A stretch of DNA of 64,000 nucleotides from Octopus sinensis (Eukaryota), in the NCBI RefSeq assembly GCF_006345805.1, contig NC_043002.1:50840001-50904000 (forward strand), written 5' to 3'. This document shows, piece after piece, positions 25,304 to 37,854 of this stretch. Each line of letters opens with the position of its first letter. The first letter of the stretch is position 1. The translations under genes and the position numbers were made by a program. Below the pieces are notes generated by a model. It had not been told where the DNA came from. It was given only the letters and a program-made list of their open reading frames with translations, and made no database searches.

Positions 25304-25570
25304 ATAGTTATCGCCATACTAATATGGCATTCTTATAAAAATAAGAAAAAAGCTGTCCGCTTAGTAGCTCCATGAGGCCATCGCCTTAAGTTAGCTATTT
25401 GATACACAAACTGTATCCATATAACCTTCGAACAAGGGAGGTCAGTCGCTCCACACTACTTGACCGGCAGCTACAGACGCGTTTCGGGGTATTGCCCCTT
25501 TTCAATGCAGCGTAGCCAGCCAGTAGGTGTCGCTTCCGACAATCTCTGTTCGATGGTTATGTAAGGGTAT
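25290..25570 (-). mobile_element. PLE terminal fragment
   Basis: Contains the hammerhead motif at 25471-25510 and abuts an (AT)n tract. Confidence 0.6.
25471..25510 (-). ncRNA. Minimal type I hammerhead with decayed core
   Basis: CUGCA UUGAAAA GGGG-CAAUA-CCCC GAAAC GC GUC UGUAG. All three stems are intact, with palindromic ACGCGU. The core differs from CUGAAGA by two transitions. Confidence 0.6.
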
Positions 25571-25578
25571 TTGTATGT

Positions 25579-25616
<38 letters not shown>

Positions 25617-25911
25617 TTTGTGTGTGTGTTAATGTTGGTATGTGTGGATGTTTGCAATGAAAGACTCCCTAATTAAACAGTGAATAACAAACTCTAAAAT
25701 ATCAGTTTTAAATCGCTTTTAAGCGAGAAGCTCTTATCAGTGACACCATTTGTAAACACCTAATGAACACCGAGTAATTAAAGTGGAAAAATTATCACAC
25801 ACACGCACACGCACACATGTAAGTATTTCATCCTTATATGAATACATATAGGTGTAAAGGGATATATATGTATACATCGGAATATAGAAAGCGGTAACAA
25901 ATACACACATA

Positions 25912-27225
25912 CGATGCGTTATCAAAACGTTCCCGGACTAGTTCCGTAGCGCACCAACAGCCGGCAGCACATGGTTGCGTGCGCAGTGAGAGTTAGCAGT
26001 GGCCTTCATGAGGCAATGTGCCGACTGACATAGCTGTATTTATTTCGCATGTTGTGAAATTTGTATTAGGTTGTCCGGTAAGTTCGTGCCGATTTTTAAA
26101 GGAAAGAAAAAGGTCAATAAATAGTTGCCATTACATTTTTAATCAACCAAATATGAACCATTTTGTTGCACAATGCGTCTCCATCTTTCCTTTAACTTGA
26201 AAATACCCCCTTCCCCGAATTGAGGTGGTTTCATGGCAAAGAATTCATCAATGTATCTTTTTACGTCATCCAAAAGCATCTTCCATTTTAAAGGGTTACA
26301 AATTTAACACAGATTATAGGAACATAAACCTTCTTTCAGGAAAAGATAGCTTAAACTGTGCTCTAAATGGAGGTGTAGTCAAATCCTATTTTATGGACTC
26401 AACCATGTCCTAAAATAAGTCGAAATGTAAGCTACTATAAATCGGCACGAACTTTCCGGACAACCCAATATTTTTTTGATCATGTAGATGCTGTAGTGTG
26501 CAAATTTTATTATAGACAGGAAGTTGGAACAAAGAGCCAACGTGAAAATTTGCGTTAAACTTAGGAAACCTGCTACAGAGAGATTGAGCATAATTCAGCA
26601 AGATTATAGCGAAGAGGCAATGGGTCGTACGCGATGTTTCGAATGGCACGGGTACTTCAAAAGTAGAAGAACGTCCCAGGAAGACCATGAGCGATGTGGA
26701 AGACTTGCCACGAGCATCATCCCCGGAAACGTGAAGAAAATTCATCAGCTTGTGCATGAGAATCGTCGGAGGAGGATCAATGATGTTTAGAAGCGCTTGA
26801 GGGAGGACTTTCGGCAAAAGCAACCGGATCTGTGGAGTGCGAAGAATTGGATTCTTAACGACGACAGTGTACCTTGCCACAGAGCTCTCCTCACTCGTGA
26901 GTTTCTCGCCAAAAACAATAGGATATCGCTCTCCCATCCACCCAATTCACCAGATTTGGCACCTGCGGGCTATCATCTCTTTCCCGAGACGAAAACGCAG
27001 CCCAAAGATCACATTTTTAACACTGTGGTCGGGATCAAGAGCGAGTCACAGAGGGTCCTCAAATTTCAGGCCGGATTCCAAAAGTGACAGAAACACTGGG
27101 ACTGGTGTATTGATGCACAAGGTGACTATTTCGAAGGAGACGATGTTAAGATGTAGGTAAGTGGCTTATGGTTTTTCTGTTTTTGATAAGCATAACCAGT
27201 CCTGAAACTTTTTGATAACACCTCG
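25912..27225 (+). mobile_element. Internally deleted mariner (DD34D) with TIRs and TA TSDs
   Basis: 28-bp TIRs cgatgcgttatcaaaacgttcccggact / agtcctgaaactttttgataacacctcg (23/28), TA flanks. EQRANVKICVKL..FEWH..FKS HTH and LNDDSVPCH...HPPNSPDLAPAGYHLF (34-residue spacing, last D changed to G). Confidence 0.92.
26066..26468 (-). mobile_element. Mariner-derived MITE nested in the 5' UTR of the previous element
   Basis: 30-bp TIRs ttaggttgtccggtaagttcgtgccgattt / aaatcggcacgaactttccggacaacccaa (2 mismatches), TA TSDs. Minus strand encodes GIFKLKERWRRIVQQNG. Confidence 0.92.
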
Positions 27226-27494
27226 TACACGTATGTAGTCATGGATAACTACATATATATACTCATGCGCACATAGAGACACGTACGTGCAACCACTTCG
27301 ATACAGATATGCATGCACAGACACACACATACATACACACGCACATATGAATACATATGGAGATTTATTTTACATTTATACATTCACACATATGTGAATC
27401 AATGTGTGTGTGTGTGTGCGTGCGCGTGTGTGTATGAGTGTGTGTGTGTATGTATGCATATATGTATGTATGTCTATATATATACATGTACATA

Positions 27495-27766
27495 TAGGTT
27501 TTATACACAGAGAGGAGACCCTTGACAGGACGCCTTACATGCTAGAAAGAGCAGTCAAACACAAACCACGAAAAAATAGTAATTCCAAAAGAGAATGAAA
27601 ATAAATATTATTTATAGTTAACCCCAAACTCGAGTTTCAGTATTAATGATCAACTAAATTAATTTGTCATCCGTACTTCGTCAGTTTTCTTCGTGGTTTG
27701 GGTTTGACTGTCCTTTTAATATGTAAGGCCTCCTGTCACGTATCTCCTCTCTGTGTGTAAATCCTA
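27495..27766. mobile_element. MITE-like element with ~85-bp imperfect TIRs, TA-flanked
   Basis: taggttttatacacagagaggagacccttgacaggacgccttacat...cagtcaaacacaaaccacgaa mirrored by ttcgtggtttgggtttgactgt...atgtaaggcctcctgtcacgtatctcctctctgtgtgtaaatccta. Confidence 0.75.
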
Positions 27767-28078
27767 TACGCTGTTATATATGAAAATATGTTGTCTATTG
27801 ACTCTTATTATGCATGCTAACCATACATAATTTTTTTAACCCTTATACTTTTCACATGTATATATAGGTATGCATGCTTGCAAGACAGATACCGAAGACA
27901 AAAGTGAGTGGTCACAGGAGGTAGTATTTCCATCAATTGATTTCTTCTACGGTTCTTTAATTGGAACATGGAAAATTGTGCATGAGTATTTAAACATGCG
28001 AACTGCTCTATAATCTCACACGCTCAAACACACACGCGCGCACGCACACTCACATACACGTGCAGCATACATACACGA

Positions 28079-28116
<38 letters not shown>

Positions 28117-28174
28117 CATAATTATTTATGGATACTTATGCACATATATGTAAATATATATACATAGATATGCT

Positions 28175-28210
<36 letters not shown>

Positions 28211-28358
28211 GTATATATAAGTATATACATATACATAGATATATACTCACACACAAATATGTACGCATATATACGCACATATATATCTATACATATAGAG
28301 TCATAAATATATTTGTACATAGATATAGGCGCATATGTATATATAAATATATTATATA

Positions 28359-28401
<43 letters not shown>

Positions 28402-28475
28402 TATACAAATATATATATATATTTATATTTGCAAATATGCTTTGATATATATACATAAATGTATATATGTATATG

Positions 28476-28523
<48 letters not shown>

Positions 28524-29061
28524 ATATACAATATTATATTATATTATATATATTATATTATATTATATATACCTATAAAATAACAAAAATGTATACATAT
28601 ATATATAGAGAGAAAGAGAGAGAGAACGAGGGGAGAGGGGGATAGAGAGATACATAGATATGTACACTATTATGTATAGTGTACATATGTGTGTGTGTGT
28701 GTGAGTGGGGAGTGTTTGTGTGCGTGCATGAATATAAACATGCATATATATTTCGTAAACAGATGTATGTACATGTGTGTATGTGTGAGTAGGTGTGTCG
28801 TATATGCTTATTTGTTCTCAATTCAGTAATGCAGCAGGCAAGAAGACTGGTGCATCTATCTCACCTGGAAAGGTCACATGACGTAATTAGAGAAAAATGC
28901 TGCGAGGTGTTGCCTTGTGCCGATTGGAGCGTTGATTTACGATCGGAAATCTAATGTCAAAGTTGAGCAGAATTACTGACTGAACGATATTATTTTAATC
29001 GGGGAAATACTAATTCAGATATATGAACAGTCATTATCCTCCCTACTCCGCCTCGTCTTTC

Positions 29062-29096
<35 letters not shown>

Positions 29097-29129
29097 TTAT
29101 TATTATCATCATCAGCAGCAGCATTATCG

Positions 29130-29164
<35 letters not shown>

Positions 29165-30161
29165 TCAGAATCATAACCACCACCAACCACAACCATCACC
29201 ACCTCCACTCCCCACCAACACCATTCCCCACCATCTCACTAATACCATCCTCATCATTATCATCATAATAAAAATCATGATAATCATCGTTACCATTGAC
29301 GTCGTGGCCGTCATCTTTCATCATCATCATGATAACGACCACTACTTCCATCATCATCATCATCCTCATCACCGCCACCGAAGCCACCATCAGCACCAAC
29401 ACCATGATTTTGATGGTTGTAGTAGTTGTCGCCATCATCATCACTATCATTGTCGTCATCATCATCGTCGTCGTCGTCATCATCATCATCAGCAGCATCA
29501 TTGTCGTCGTCATCATCGACATCATCATTTAACGTCATTATTAATAGCAAAATAGCAAAATCGGTAACTGAAACAGCATCTAACACAGCTTCCAACTTTA
29601 TCACCTTATCACTTACCACTTATCCGTCGTGTCACCTACACCCAACTCATCTCCCCCGTTCTTTTCGTCCTCCATCGAACCATAATCATCATTATGGCCA
29701 CTATTAAAGTGCTTGTCATCACTGTCCTCATCATTTTTACCTTACCCAATTTCCTACTATTTATCATCGTCACCACTATCATCACCATCATGATCACCAC
29801 CACGAACACAGACACGACGACGACGACGACAACAACGACGAAGATGACGCCGACGACCACCACCGCTACCACCACCACAACTCCAGCACCACCACCGTCA
29901 CCGCCGCTACTGTCATCACCATCTTCGCCATCATCGCAGTCGTCACCATCCACAGCAAAATCAACTTCAGCATTCGATTCTATGCTCTAGGTTCCAGTCA
30001 CGCCGAAATCAGCTTTGCTTTCCATTATTTGGGGGATGGGGTAGATAAAATGATCATCATTTGAGCACAGGCGTCGATGTAATGGACTCACCCGAATTTA
30101 CAGGACTTGTACCAAAAATTGGAACCAATATATGTATATAAGTATATGTATATACGTATAC

Positions 30162-30242
<81 letters not shown>

Positions 30243-30256
30243 TTGTGTGTGTATGC

Positions 30257-30436
30257 GGGGGCACATGGCCTAGTGGTTAGAGCAGCGGGTTCGCAGTTGA
30301 GGGATCGCGGGTTCGAATCTCACACCGGGTGATGTTTGTGTTTATGAGCGAAACACCTAAGCTCCACGCGGCTCCGGCAGAAATGGCGGACTTCTGCTGA
30401 CTCTTTCGCCACACTTTCCTCCAACATGTTGCAGCT
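30257..30436 (+). mobile_element. tRNA-headed SINE 5' part with intact A and B boxes
   Basis: A box TGGCCTAGTGG 30266-30276 and B box GGTTCGAATCT 30310-30320. The head is related to the 16314, 42868 and 54144 copies. Confidence 0.85.
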
Positions 30437-30585
30437 CGTTCTCTCTCAGTCCTTTCTGTCGAAGGGCGTTGGCTCGAAACGTCAAAGACTTTTCCATTCT
30501 TCCCGAGCGTTAAACTAATATACCTATTTGTTTCCTCAACTGTCTTAATGTTTTGTTTCCTGTAAATTTGAACTATATATAATAT
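30437..30585 (+). mobile_element. PLE terminal fragment fused to the SINE head
   Basis: Same family as 7855-7990. Hammerhead motif at 30452-30487. Confidence 0.65.
30452..30487 (+). ncRNA. Minimal type I hammerhead-like motif (A6U core)
   Basis: CUUU CUGUCGA A GGGC-GUUG-GCUC GAAAC GUC AAAG. Stems I and II are fully paired, with palindromic ACGU and a GUC triplet. Confidence 0.55.
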
Positions 30586-30631
30586 ATATATATATGTGTG
30601 TGTGTGTATGTGTGTGTATGTGTGTGTGTAT

Positions 30632-30953
30632 CAGTGGAATAAAGTTACAACTTGGTCTGGTTTTTCGCTTCACGTTTTTATTATTGTATTTAAAAAAAAA
30701 ATTACACTGTTGAATTGTGTTAAACATTAAAAAGCGTATTTAGTAGTGTTCAATTATTGACAGTTGTCAAGAATTCAACTGTCAGTCAATACATTTTGAA
30801 ATCTGATGATTACCACGAACGTAATTGAACTTTATGAAAATTACTAAAAAAAGTATTTTTAATGCTTAACAAACTTGAAGGGTGTGAAAAAAATTTTAAA
30901 TACAATAATAAAAAAACATGAAAACCAGACCGTGTTGTAACTTTATTCAACTG
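30632..30953. mobile_element. Foldback MITE, almost entirely palindromic
   Basis: cagtggaataaagttacaacttggtctggtttt ... aaaaccagaccgtgttgtaactttattcaactg. The imperfect inverted match continues inward for more than 100 bp, and there is a central tgacagttg/caactgtca hairpin. Confidence 0.8.
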
Positions 30954-31229
30954 TTATATTATTCTATACACATTTTCACAAATTCAGAAATATACATGTG
31001 TGTGTGTGTGTGTGCACTGATTTACGCAGACTCACACACATAAATATATAGATAACCAGAAAAATCACACAAGTACTCAAATTCAAATAGAAGCCGGCAT
31101 ATATGCTGAAGTGTTTAGATAGTTAACACTTAACACATATCCTGTTTAATCGATTCTGTAATACCTCGTGCGAAATTTATCCGGTTTGTAGAGTGCATGT
31201 GCACATGCTGAAACGGTTCCAATTGAAAA

Positions 31230-31650
31230 ACCTAAACCTTGTGTATAATACGCACCCCTTCTCTAACTTGAGTGAAGGAGGTCTATATAACGTCCTTGGT
31301 TTGTAAAAATGTACACGGTAACGTCCTTTAGTATTATTGTATATATAACATAATACAAACGTGTAGCTTTTTTGTGCATTTTGTTTGCAGAAAATAAAGA
31401 AATAATAGCAATAACGTTTAATAAATGTTGATGATTCTTATGGATGATTCTTTTATGACTTCATTGCTTTCAGGCTTAGCTTAAGGTATTTTCACGCCCG
31501 ACATCACCAAATGTGTCTGAATAAACATTGCCGGACAGCAAATAGAGACTTAGAAAATATTTTTCATTTTTAACCTCGTATATAGTACGTACTAGGGAAT
31601 TTGACCTTTAAATTTTGGGAAAAATGCGGATTATACTCGAGGCTTTACGG
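31230..31650. mobile_element. Probable pogo/Tigger-like MITE
   Basis: 3' end tgcggattatactcgaggctttacgg|ta and degenerate 5' end cctaaaccttgtgtataatacgca. Confidence 0.45.
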
Positions 31651-31679
31651 TACTTTATTAATTTATTGATAATGATTTC

Positions 31680-32345
31680 AAACTTTGGAACAAACCCAGC
31701 AATTCTGGGGAGGGAATAAATTGATTGCATCGACCCAAGTATTTAACTGGCACTTATTTTATCGACGCCGAAAGGAAGAAAGGCAAACTCAACTTCGGTG
31801 GAATTTGAAATCACAATATAAAGGCGGATGAAATGCCACTAAGAATTTTGTCCGGCATACTAACGATTCTGCCAGCTGGCATCCATTTATTGATTGATAA
31901 TAAAATACTGCTGCTTAATTTTGTCAATGCCATCAGCTTTTGAGGGCGTGGTATGTCGATTTTATCGATTCAAATTATGCTTTATATCATCGACCCCAAA
32001 GGGGCGAAAGTCATATCAACCTCAGTGGTATTAAAAATCAAAACGTAAATCCGAAAGAAAACACTAAGCATTATGTCCGGAGCACAAGCGATTCTGCCTG
32101 CTTGACACCTTTATTGTCAATGATATAACCGCTTTTATTGTAAACACAAGGCCTGAGATTTGTGGGAGAGAGAGAGAGCTAATCGATGACATCGTCCCCA
32201 GTAATTGACTGGTATGTAATTTATCGACCACGAAGCGATGAAAAGCAAAGTCTACCTCGGCGGTGTTTGAAATCAAAACATTATCCCGGAAGAATTACGT
32301 TAGGGAATTTTGTTCGGCGTACAAAATGACTTTGCCAGTTCGTTG
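31680..32345 (-). mobile_element. Three tandem degenerate copies of a third tRNA-SINE family
   Basis: Reverse complements of the 38248 copy at ~31680-31880, 31940-32100 and 32150-32345. Further copies at 29990-30130, 47950-48150, 48320-48480 and 50335-50540. Confidence 0.75.
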
Positions 32346-33159
32346 CCTTTACTAACAGGAAAACAATAAATTCCGACCAGTCTGTGTAATTTCAAAAGGT
32401 CAGAATTACCCACTAAAACCACAGCAATAAAGAATTCCTTTCCTGGAAACTACATATTAAATAAACACAGCTGTTGCACTTGTGCTTATTGTTGCATAGA
32501 TTTAAATCATGTCTGATGAAATTAAGCTATGACTAAAGACATTCCAGACCTGCCAATCTAGCCTTTTCTCTTTCAGTCATAGTGTGTCTAGGATTACATT
32601 CTCTTATACACTTTAATCTTTATTAGTGCGTATGGTGTCATTTGAGGAATATTTGGCCGTTATTTCCTGCTGGTGGGACGAATTAGTGGATGCTTACATG
32701 CGAATTCTGTACAGTAAAGCAAATATGGTCTTAAGGTAACACATATCGCTACTTTAACGTGGGTATTCTCTAACAGATGATAATACTGTCGGTTTAACCC
32801 CAGGAACACATGTCCTGGTTTATCCAGTGCCCTTTCGCACTCGAGACCACGAGACTACGTTAGTCTAACCTTGCTTGCAATATATAGAATATACAGTGTC
32901 ATACAATCACTGATTTTGTAACTAGGAAATATGTCCGTTTGAAAATTTTTGTTCGAGATAGAAGCAATATGCGAACCAAAAAGGTAGTGTATGTCGCCAC
33001 TTTATAGTACTTTTGGCATTTGCAATTTTCATTTTTTAATCCTTGAGAGAAAAGATGAAAAAGTTATCACGTGGTTTGAACTTGGAAACAATACTGAAAT
33101 TAACTGTTGTAGACTAATTATCTCGTATATACCCCCAATTTTATTGTTGCTGGTGTTTA

Positions 33160-33570
33160 CGATGATGATGATGAGGAGGAGGTTGATCTTATTGACGATG
33201 ACGACGACAACGACGACGACGACGATGATGGTGATGATGATGATGCAATGATGACGATGACGACAACGGTGATGTCGCCGATGAAGACGATGACAATGAC
33301 GACGATGACGATTTTCTTCATGATGATGGTGATGATGATGATCATCATCATCATCATCATGATCATACTGACCATGATCGTGTTGGCAACAATGACGATG
33401 ATGACCACGACGACGATGACGATGATGATGATGGTGATGATAATGACTACGACACGATGACGATAATGATGATTAAGATGATGGCTAATAACGTCGATGA
33501 CGACGGCAACGATGATGATTGTGATGGTGATAATTGTGTTTTATGATGATGATGATGACGATGGTAGGGG
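33160..33570. repeat. (GAT/GAC)n tract
   Basis: Direct inspection. Confidence 0.9.
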
Positions 33571-33699
33571 TGATGGCTGTAATAGTCTTTAACGCTACCG
33601 ACTACCCCCACCAACAAAACACCACCACTTGGGCAACTTTTGCGACATCAGTTTCTTTTATAGTGCAATTAATCATATATTAAGGGTGCAAAGTTTTTG

Positions 33700-34739
33700 A
33701 CAGAGGATGGAGAAGGGGAGAAAAAGAAAGAGAAAGAAAGAAAAAGAAAACGAGAAAGATAGATGATGAGGATGATGATGTCGATGATGATGATGTTCAT
33801 GATGACGATGATGTTGATGGTGAGGATGAAAGTGGTGGTGTAGACAACAGAAGAGAGAGAACGTAGTGTATGTAGGTGGATGAGATTTATGAGACAGAAA
33901 AGTATGGTAGGTGAAGGTTGAGAGAGACAAAAAATGTGTAAGAATAAAATTTGAGAGAGAGAGAGAGAGAGAAAGAAAGAGAGAGAGGTTGAACGAGAAA
34001 TAGTGTGAGAGAGAAAAATGTGACGTCGAGAAATAGATACGCGTTAAAGAGAAGTGAGTGAGAGAGAAAGAGGAGTGGGAGAGAGGAAGAGAGGGAGGGA
34101 GAAAGAGAGAAAAGTACAGTGATTTATGAGAGTCAAAGAGATGTGCCGAAAGAACGGAGAGAATGAAAATGATGGAGAGAGAGAGAGGGGTATAACAGCA
34201 ACTATAGTGATTTATGAGAGGAGGCACTAAAGAGAATAGGGAATGAAAAGAGAGAGAGAGTGGGAGAGAGGAGTGGGAGAGAGAGAGATAGTGACAGAAT
34301 ATAGAAAATGAGAGAGAAAGGGAGACGCAGAGAGTGAAAGAAGATTGAAAGAACTCGGTGTAACAGAGGTAGATGGGGAGAAAAAGTGTACTTCTAAATG
34401 AGAGAGAGAGAGAGAGAGAGACAGAAATAGAAAAACAATGTGCTTTTTGCAAAGTGAGGGAAAATAGAAAATAACATGGGAGTAAGTAATGTTGTTAGAT
34501 AGACAGATAGATAGATAAAGGGAAGAGAGAGTGAGAGAGAGAGAGAGAGAGAGGGAGAGAGGGAGAGAGAGGGAGAGAGGGAGAGAGAGGGAGAGAGAGG
34601 ATTGGGTAAATTATTAGGAAAATGAAGGGATTACTAAAACTAGCAGGAGTAAGTACCAAGAGTTTGAGAGACTGAAGGAGAGAAAATTTTCTTAGAAAAG
34701 TGTAGACGACGAAGAGAAAATGGAAGAGAAGTGAGTGTG

Positions 34740-34827
<88 letters not shown>

Positions 34828-35224
34828 CGTGTGTGTGCGTATGTATGTTTATGTGTGTGTATCAGTAAAACATAGTGTAACAAAAATGGCGTCCATAACT
34901 TAGAGAGAATAGAAGAAACATACGGAAGTTTTAGTGAGAGTTTGAAATTGAACTAGAATTACCTAATGTAAAGGCGGAGAGAGAGATTGAGAGAGAGGAG
35001 GGAGAGGAAGAGAGTGACAGACAGATGGACATGAAGGAAGATAAAGAGAGAAAAAGCATGGATTAGGCTGTAAGGTAGTGAGAGTTAAGTAGTAGAAAGA
35101 AGTAATGATTAAATAAAGCGAGGGGGTGATGTAATAAAAACAAGAACTTGAAAACAATAAATATGGAGAGATTTGTAGGTTTTTATGGGAAATAGAAAAG
35201 ACAAGCGAGAGAGGGAGGATAGTT

Positions 35225-35287
<63 letters not shown>

Positions 35288-35315
35288 GTAGATAGATAGA
35301 TAGATAGATAGATAG

Positions 35316-35357
<42 letters not shown>

Positions 35358-35359
35358 AT

Positions 35360-35393
<34 letters not shown>

Positions 35394-35684
35394 AAATGTT
35401 TTATCGGGTGAAAGAGAAAGAGAGAGAGAGAGATAGACAAGCAGAGGAAGAGAGGCAGTGTGAGGCCTAGGGAGAAGGATAGAGAACGGCAGAATAAAGG
35501 AATGTAGAGAGAGAGGAGATAAAAAGGAAGAAGGAGAAGTTTGTGAGATTTATGAGAAATAAAAGTACTTAAAACAAAGAGAAAGAGAGGAAAGAGAGAG
35601 AGAGAGAGGAAAGGGGAGCTTAAGTATGAGAGGTGCAAGCTGAGAAGCAGAGAAAAAGTAAATAAAAGAAAGACAGAGAAGTGA

Positions 35685-35720
<36 letters not shown>

Positions 35721-36912
35721 AAGGGGAGAGTTATTGGTGATAGGAGGAAAAGGAGACTATTAAACAGAGTGAAATGGGTAATTATTTGAGAGAGAGGAAC
35801 TCAGGAGAGATGAGGGGAAATGTCAGGGTTGAAAGTACGATATAGATTTATGAGATTGTGAGAAGAAAGATAAGAGAGACACAGAGATAGAAAGGAGAGA
35901 ATGAGAGAGGTGAGACAAGGAAATAGAGAGGAAGAGAGAAGAATGCTGAGGTAAAAGATTAACATTATGATAGTGAGAAAAAGGATAGGAGAGACACAGA
36001 TTGAAAGGAGAGAAGTGAGACAAGGGAATAGAGAGAAAGAGAGAAAGGAAGAGAGAAGAATGCTGAGGTAAAAGATCAACATTATGATTGTGAGAAAAAG
36101 GATAAGAGAGACACGGAGATAGAAAGGAGAAAATGAGAGAAGTGAGACAAGGAAAGAGAAAGAGAGAGAAAGAGAGAGAGAGAGAGGGGGGGAGGAAGAG
36201 AGAGAATGCTGAGGTAAAAGATCAACATTATGTGATGTAGAAATAGAGACTGAAGAAAAAGATGCAGGCGAGAGAGAGGTGGAAAAAACTGAGAAGGGAA
36301 GAGAGATGTGCGGAGAAGGGACGTAGGAAAGAGAGAGATGTGTGGAGAAGAGGAGGAGGGAAGAGAGATGTGCGGAGAAGAGGAGGAGGAAAGAGAGACG
36401 TGCGGAGAAGAGAAGGAGGGAAGAGAGATGTGCGCAGAAGAGGAGAAGAGGATATAGAAGTGGTGGCAACAATTCAGGGTTGAAACAAATATTTGTGTAG
36501 TGGCACTCAAGAAAGAGAAAAAAATAAGGGTGGAGGGCATAGAATGAAAGAGAGAGAGAGGAGGGGGTTATGGAAGGAAGGAAGGAGTGAAAGGAAGGGA
36601 AAAAAGGGGAGAAAGTTAGATAGGGAAAGAAACGACAAAACTCTAGAAGAAAAAGGACATCAACAATCTGAGAAACAAAGGTTAGTACGAAACAAACCTT
36701 GGAAAGCCAAGAGAGAGAGAGAAAGAGAGAGAGAGGAGAAAAAGGGAGAGGGAGAGGGAGAAAAGGAGAAAGAAAGGGGCGGGAAAGAAAAAGAAAAGAG
36801 AGAAGGAGAGAGAGAGGAATGGAAAGTGAGAAAGGTTGAAAGGGGAAGAATCTAGACAAAAATCTAGAAAAAAACAACATGAAAATCGACAAAGTATGAG
36901 AAACAAAGGGAT

Positions 36913-36976
<64 letters not shown>

Positions 36977-37260
36977 GAAGTAATATAAACCATGTGAAGC
37001 TAAAATAGTGGGAGAGAGAGAGAAAGAGGAGGTGGGTTGACGCATATAGATTTATGATAGAACAAGCGCGGAGATAAAAAAAAAAGTACACATACACAAA
37101 ATAAATATAAAAAAAAGAACGGAGTGGGATAGAACGGAAAAGAGAGAACGGGATACATCAGACAGGGAGAGGAGATAGATAGAGAGAGAAGGAGAGAGAG
37201 AAAGAGAGAGTGGTAAAGAGAGCGTGTATGATGAATAAATCAATAGAAAACGTGTATTCA
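33700..37260. repeat. ~3.5-kb purine-skewed (GA-rich) tract with embedded degenerate tandem repeats
   Basis: (TAGA)n at 35225-35365. Three units anchored on gaatgctgaggtaaaagatyaacattatg (35941, 36058, 36204). Five ~30-bp units gggaagagagatgtgcggagaagaggagga at 36296-36445. Confidence 0.9.
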
Positions 37261-37429
37261 TCATTAAAAAAATGATGAAAGTGCAAATATCAAACGAGCG
37301 ATAGATCGGTCAGTGAGATGTCGTAATTCTGAAGATGTCACCATCTTTATGCCATATTATTAAATTAAAACCAATCCATTATTATATAGCATCATCACAC
37401 TGCCCCGTACCATAGTTTGTGAATTATTG

Positions 37430-37579
37430 CATTGCGGCAACAACAGCAGCAGCAGCACCAGCGGCACCAGCGGCACCAGCGGCACCAGCAGCAGCAGCAG
37501 AAGCAGAACATCGAGAAAGGTATTAGCAGCATCACCATCGGCAGAAGCAGTAGAAACAACACCAAGAAGAGTATTAGTT

Positions 37580-37613
<34 letters not shown>

Positions 37614-37810
37614 TAGTAGTGGTAGTGGTGGAAGTAGTTTTGATAGTTGTAGTTGTGATGTTGGTGACAGTTGTAGTAGAAGTAGTGATGGTGATGCTGG
37701 TGGTAGTGGTGGTGGTGGTGGCGGCGGCAGTAGTAGGATTTATGGCAGTAGTGGCGGTGGTAGTTGAAGTAGTAATAATAATGGGGGTGGTTAGGGTATT
37801 TGTAGTAGTC

Positions 37811-37854
<44 letters not shown>

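Noticed and set aside
26410-26937. 175-aa minus ORF
   Set aside because: Antisense shadow of the mariner transposase relic.
30257-30330. tRNA gene (also 16314, 43100-43173, 54144, 60106)
   Set aside because: A and B boxes are present, but there is no closed acceptor stem or clean anticodon arm, and each continues into a SINE body.
35801-37045. 414-aa minus-strand ORF (also 33673-34452)
   Set aside because: Antisense of a GA-rich tract. CT-rich DNA lacks stop codons, and the product is L/S/F low complexity with internal repeats and no domain.
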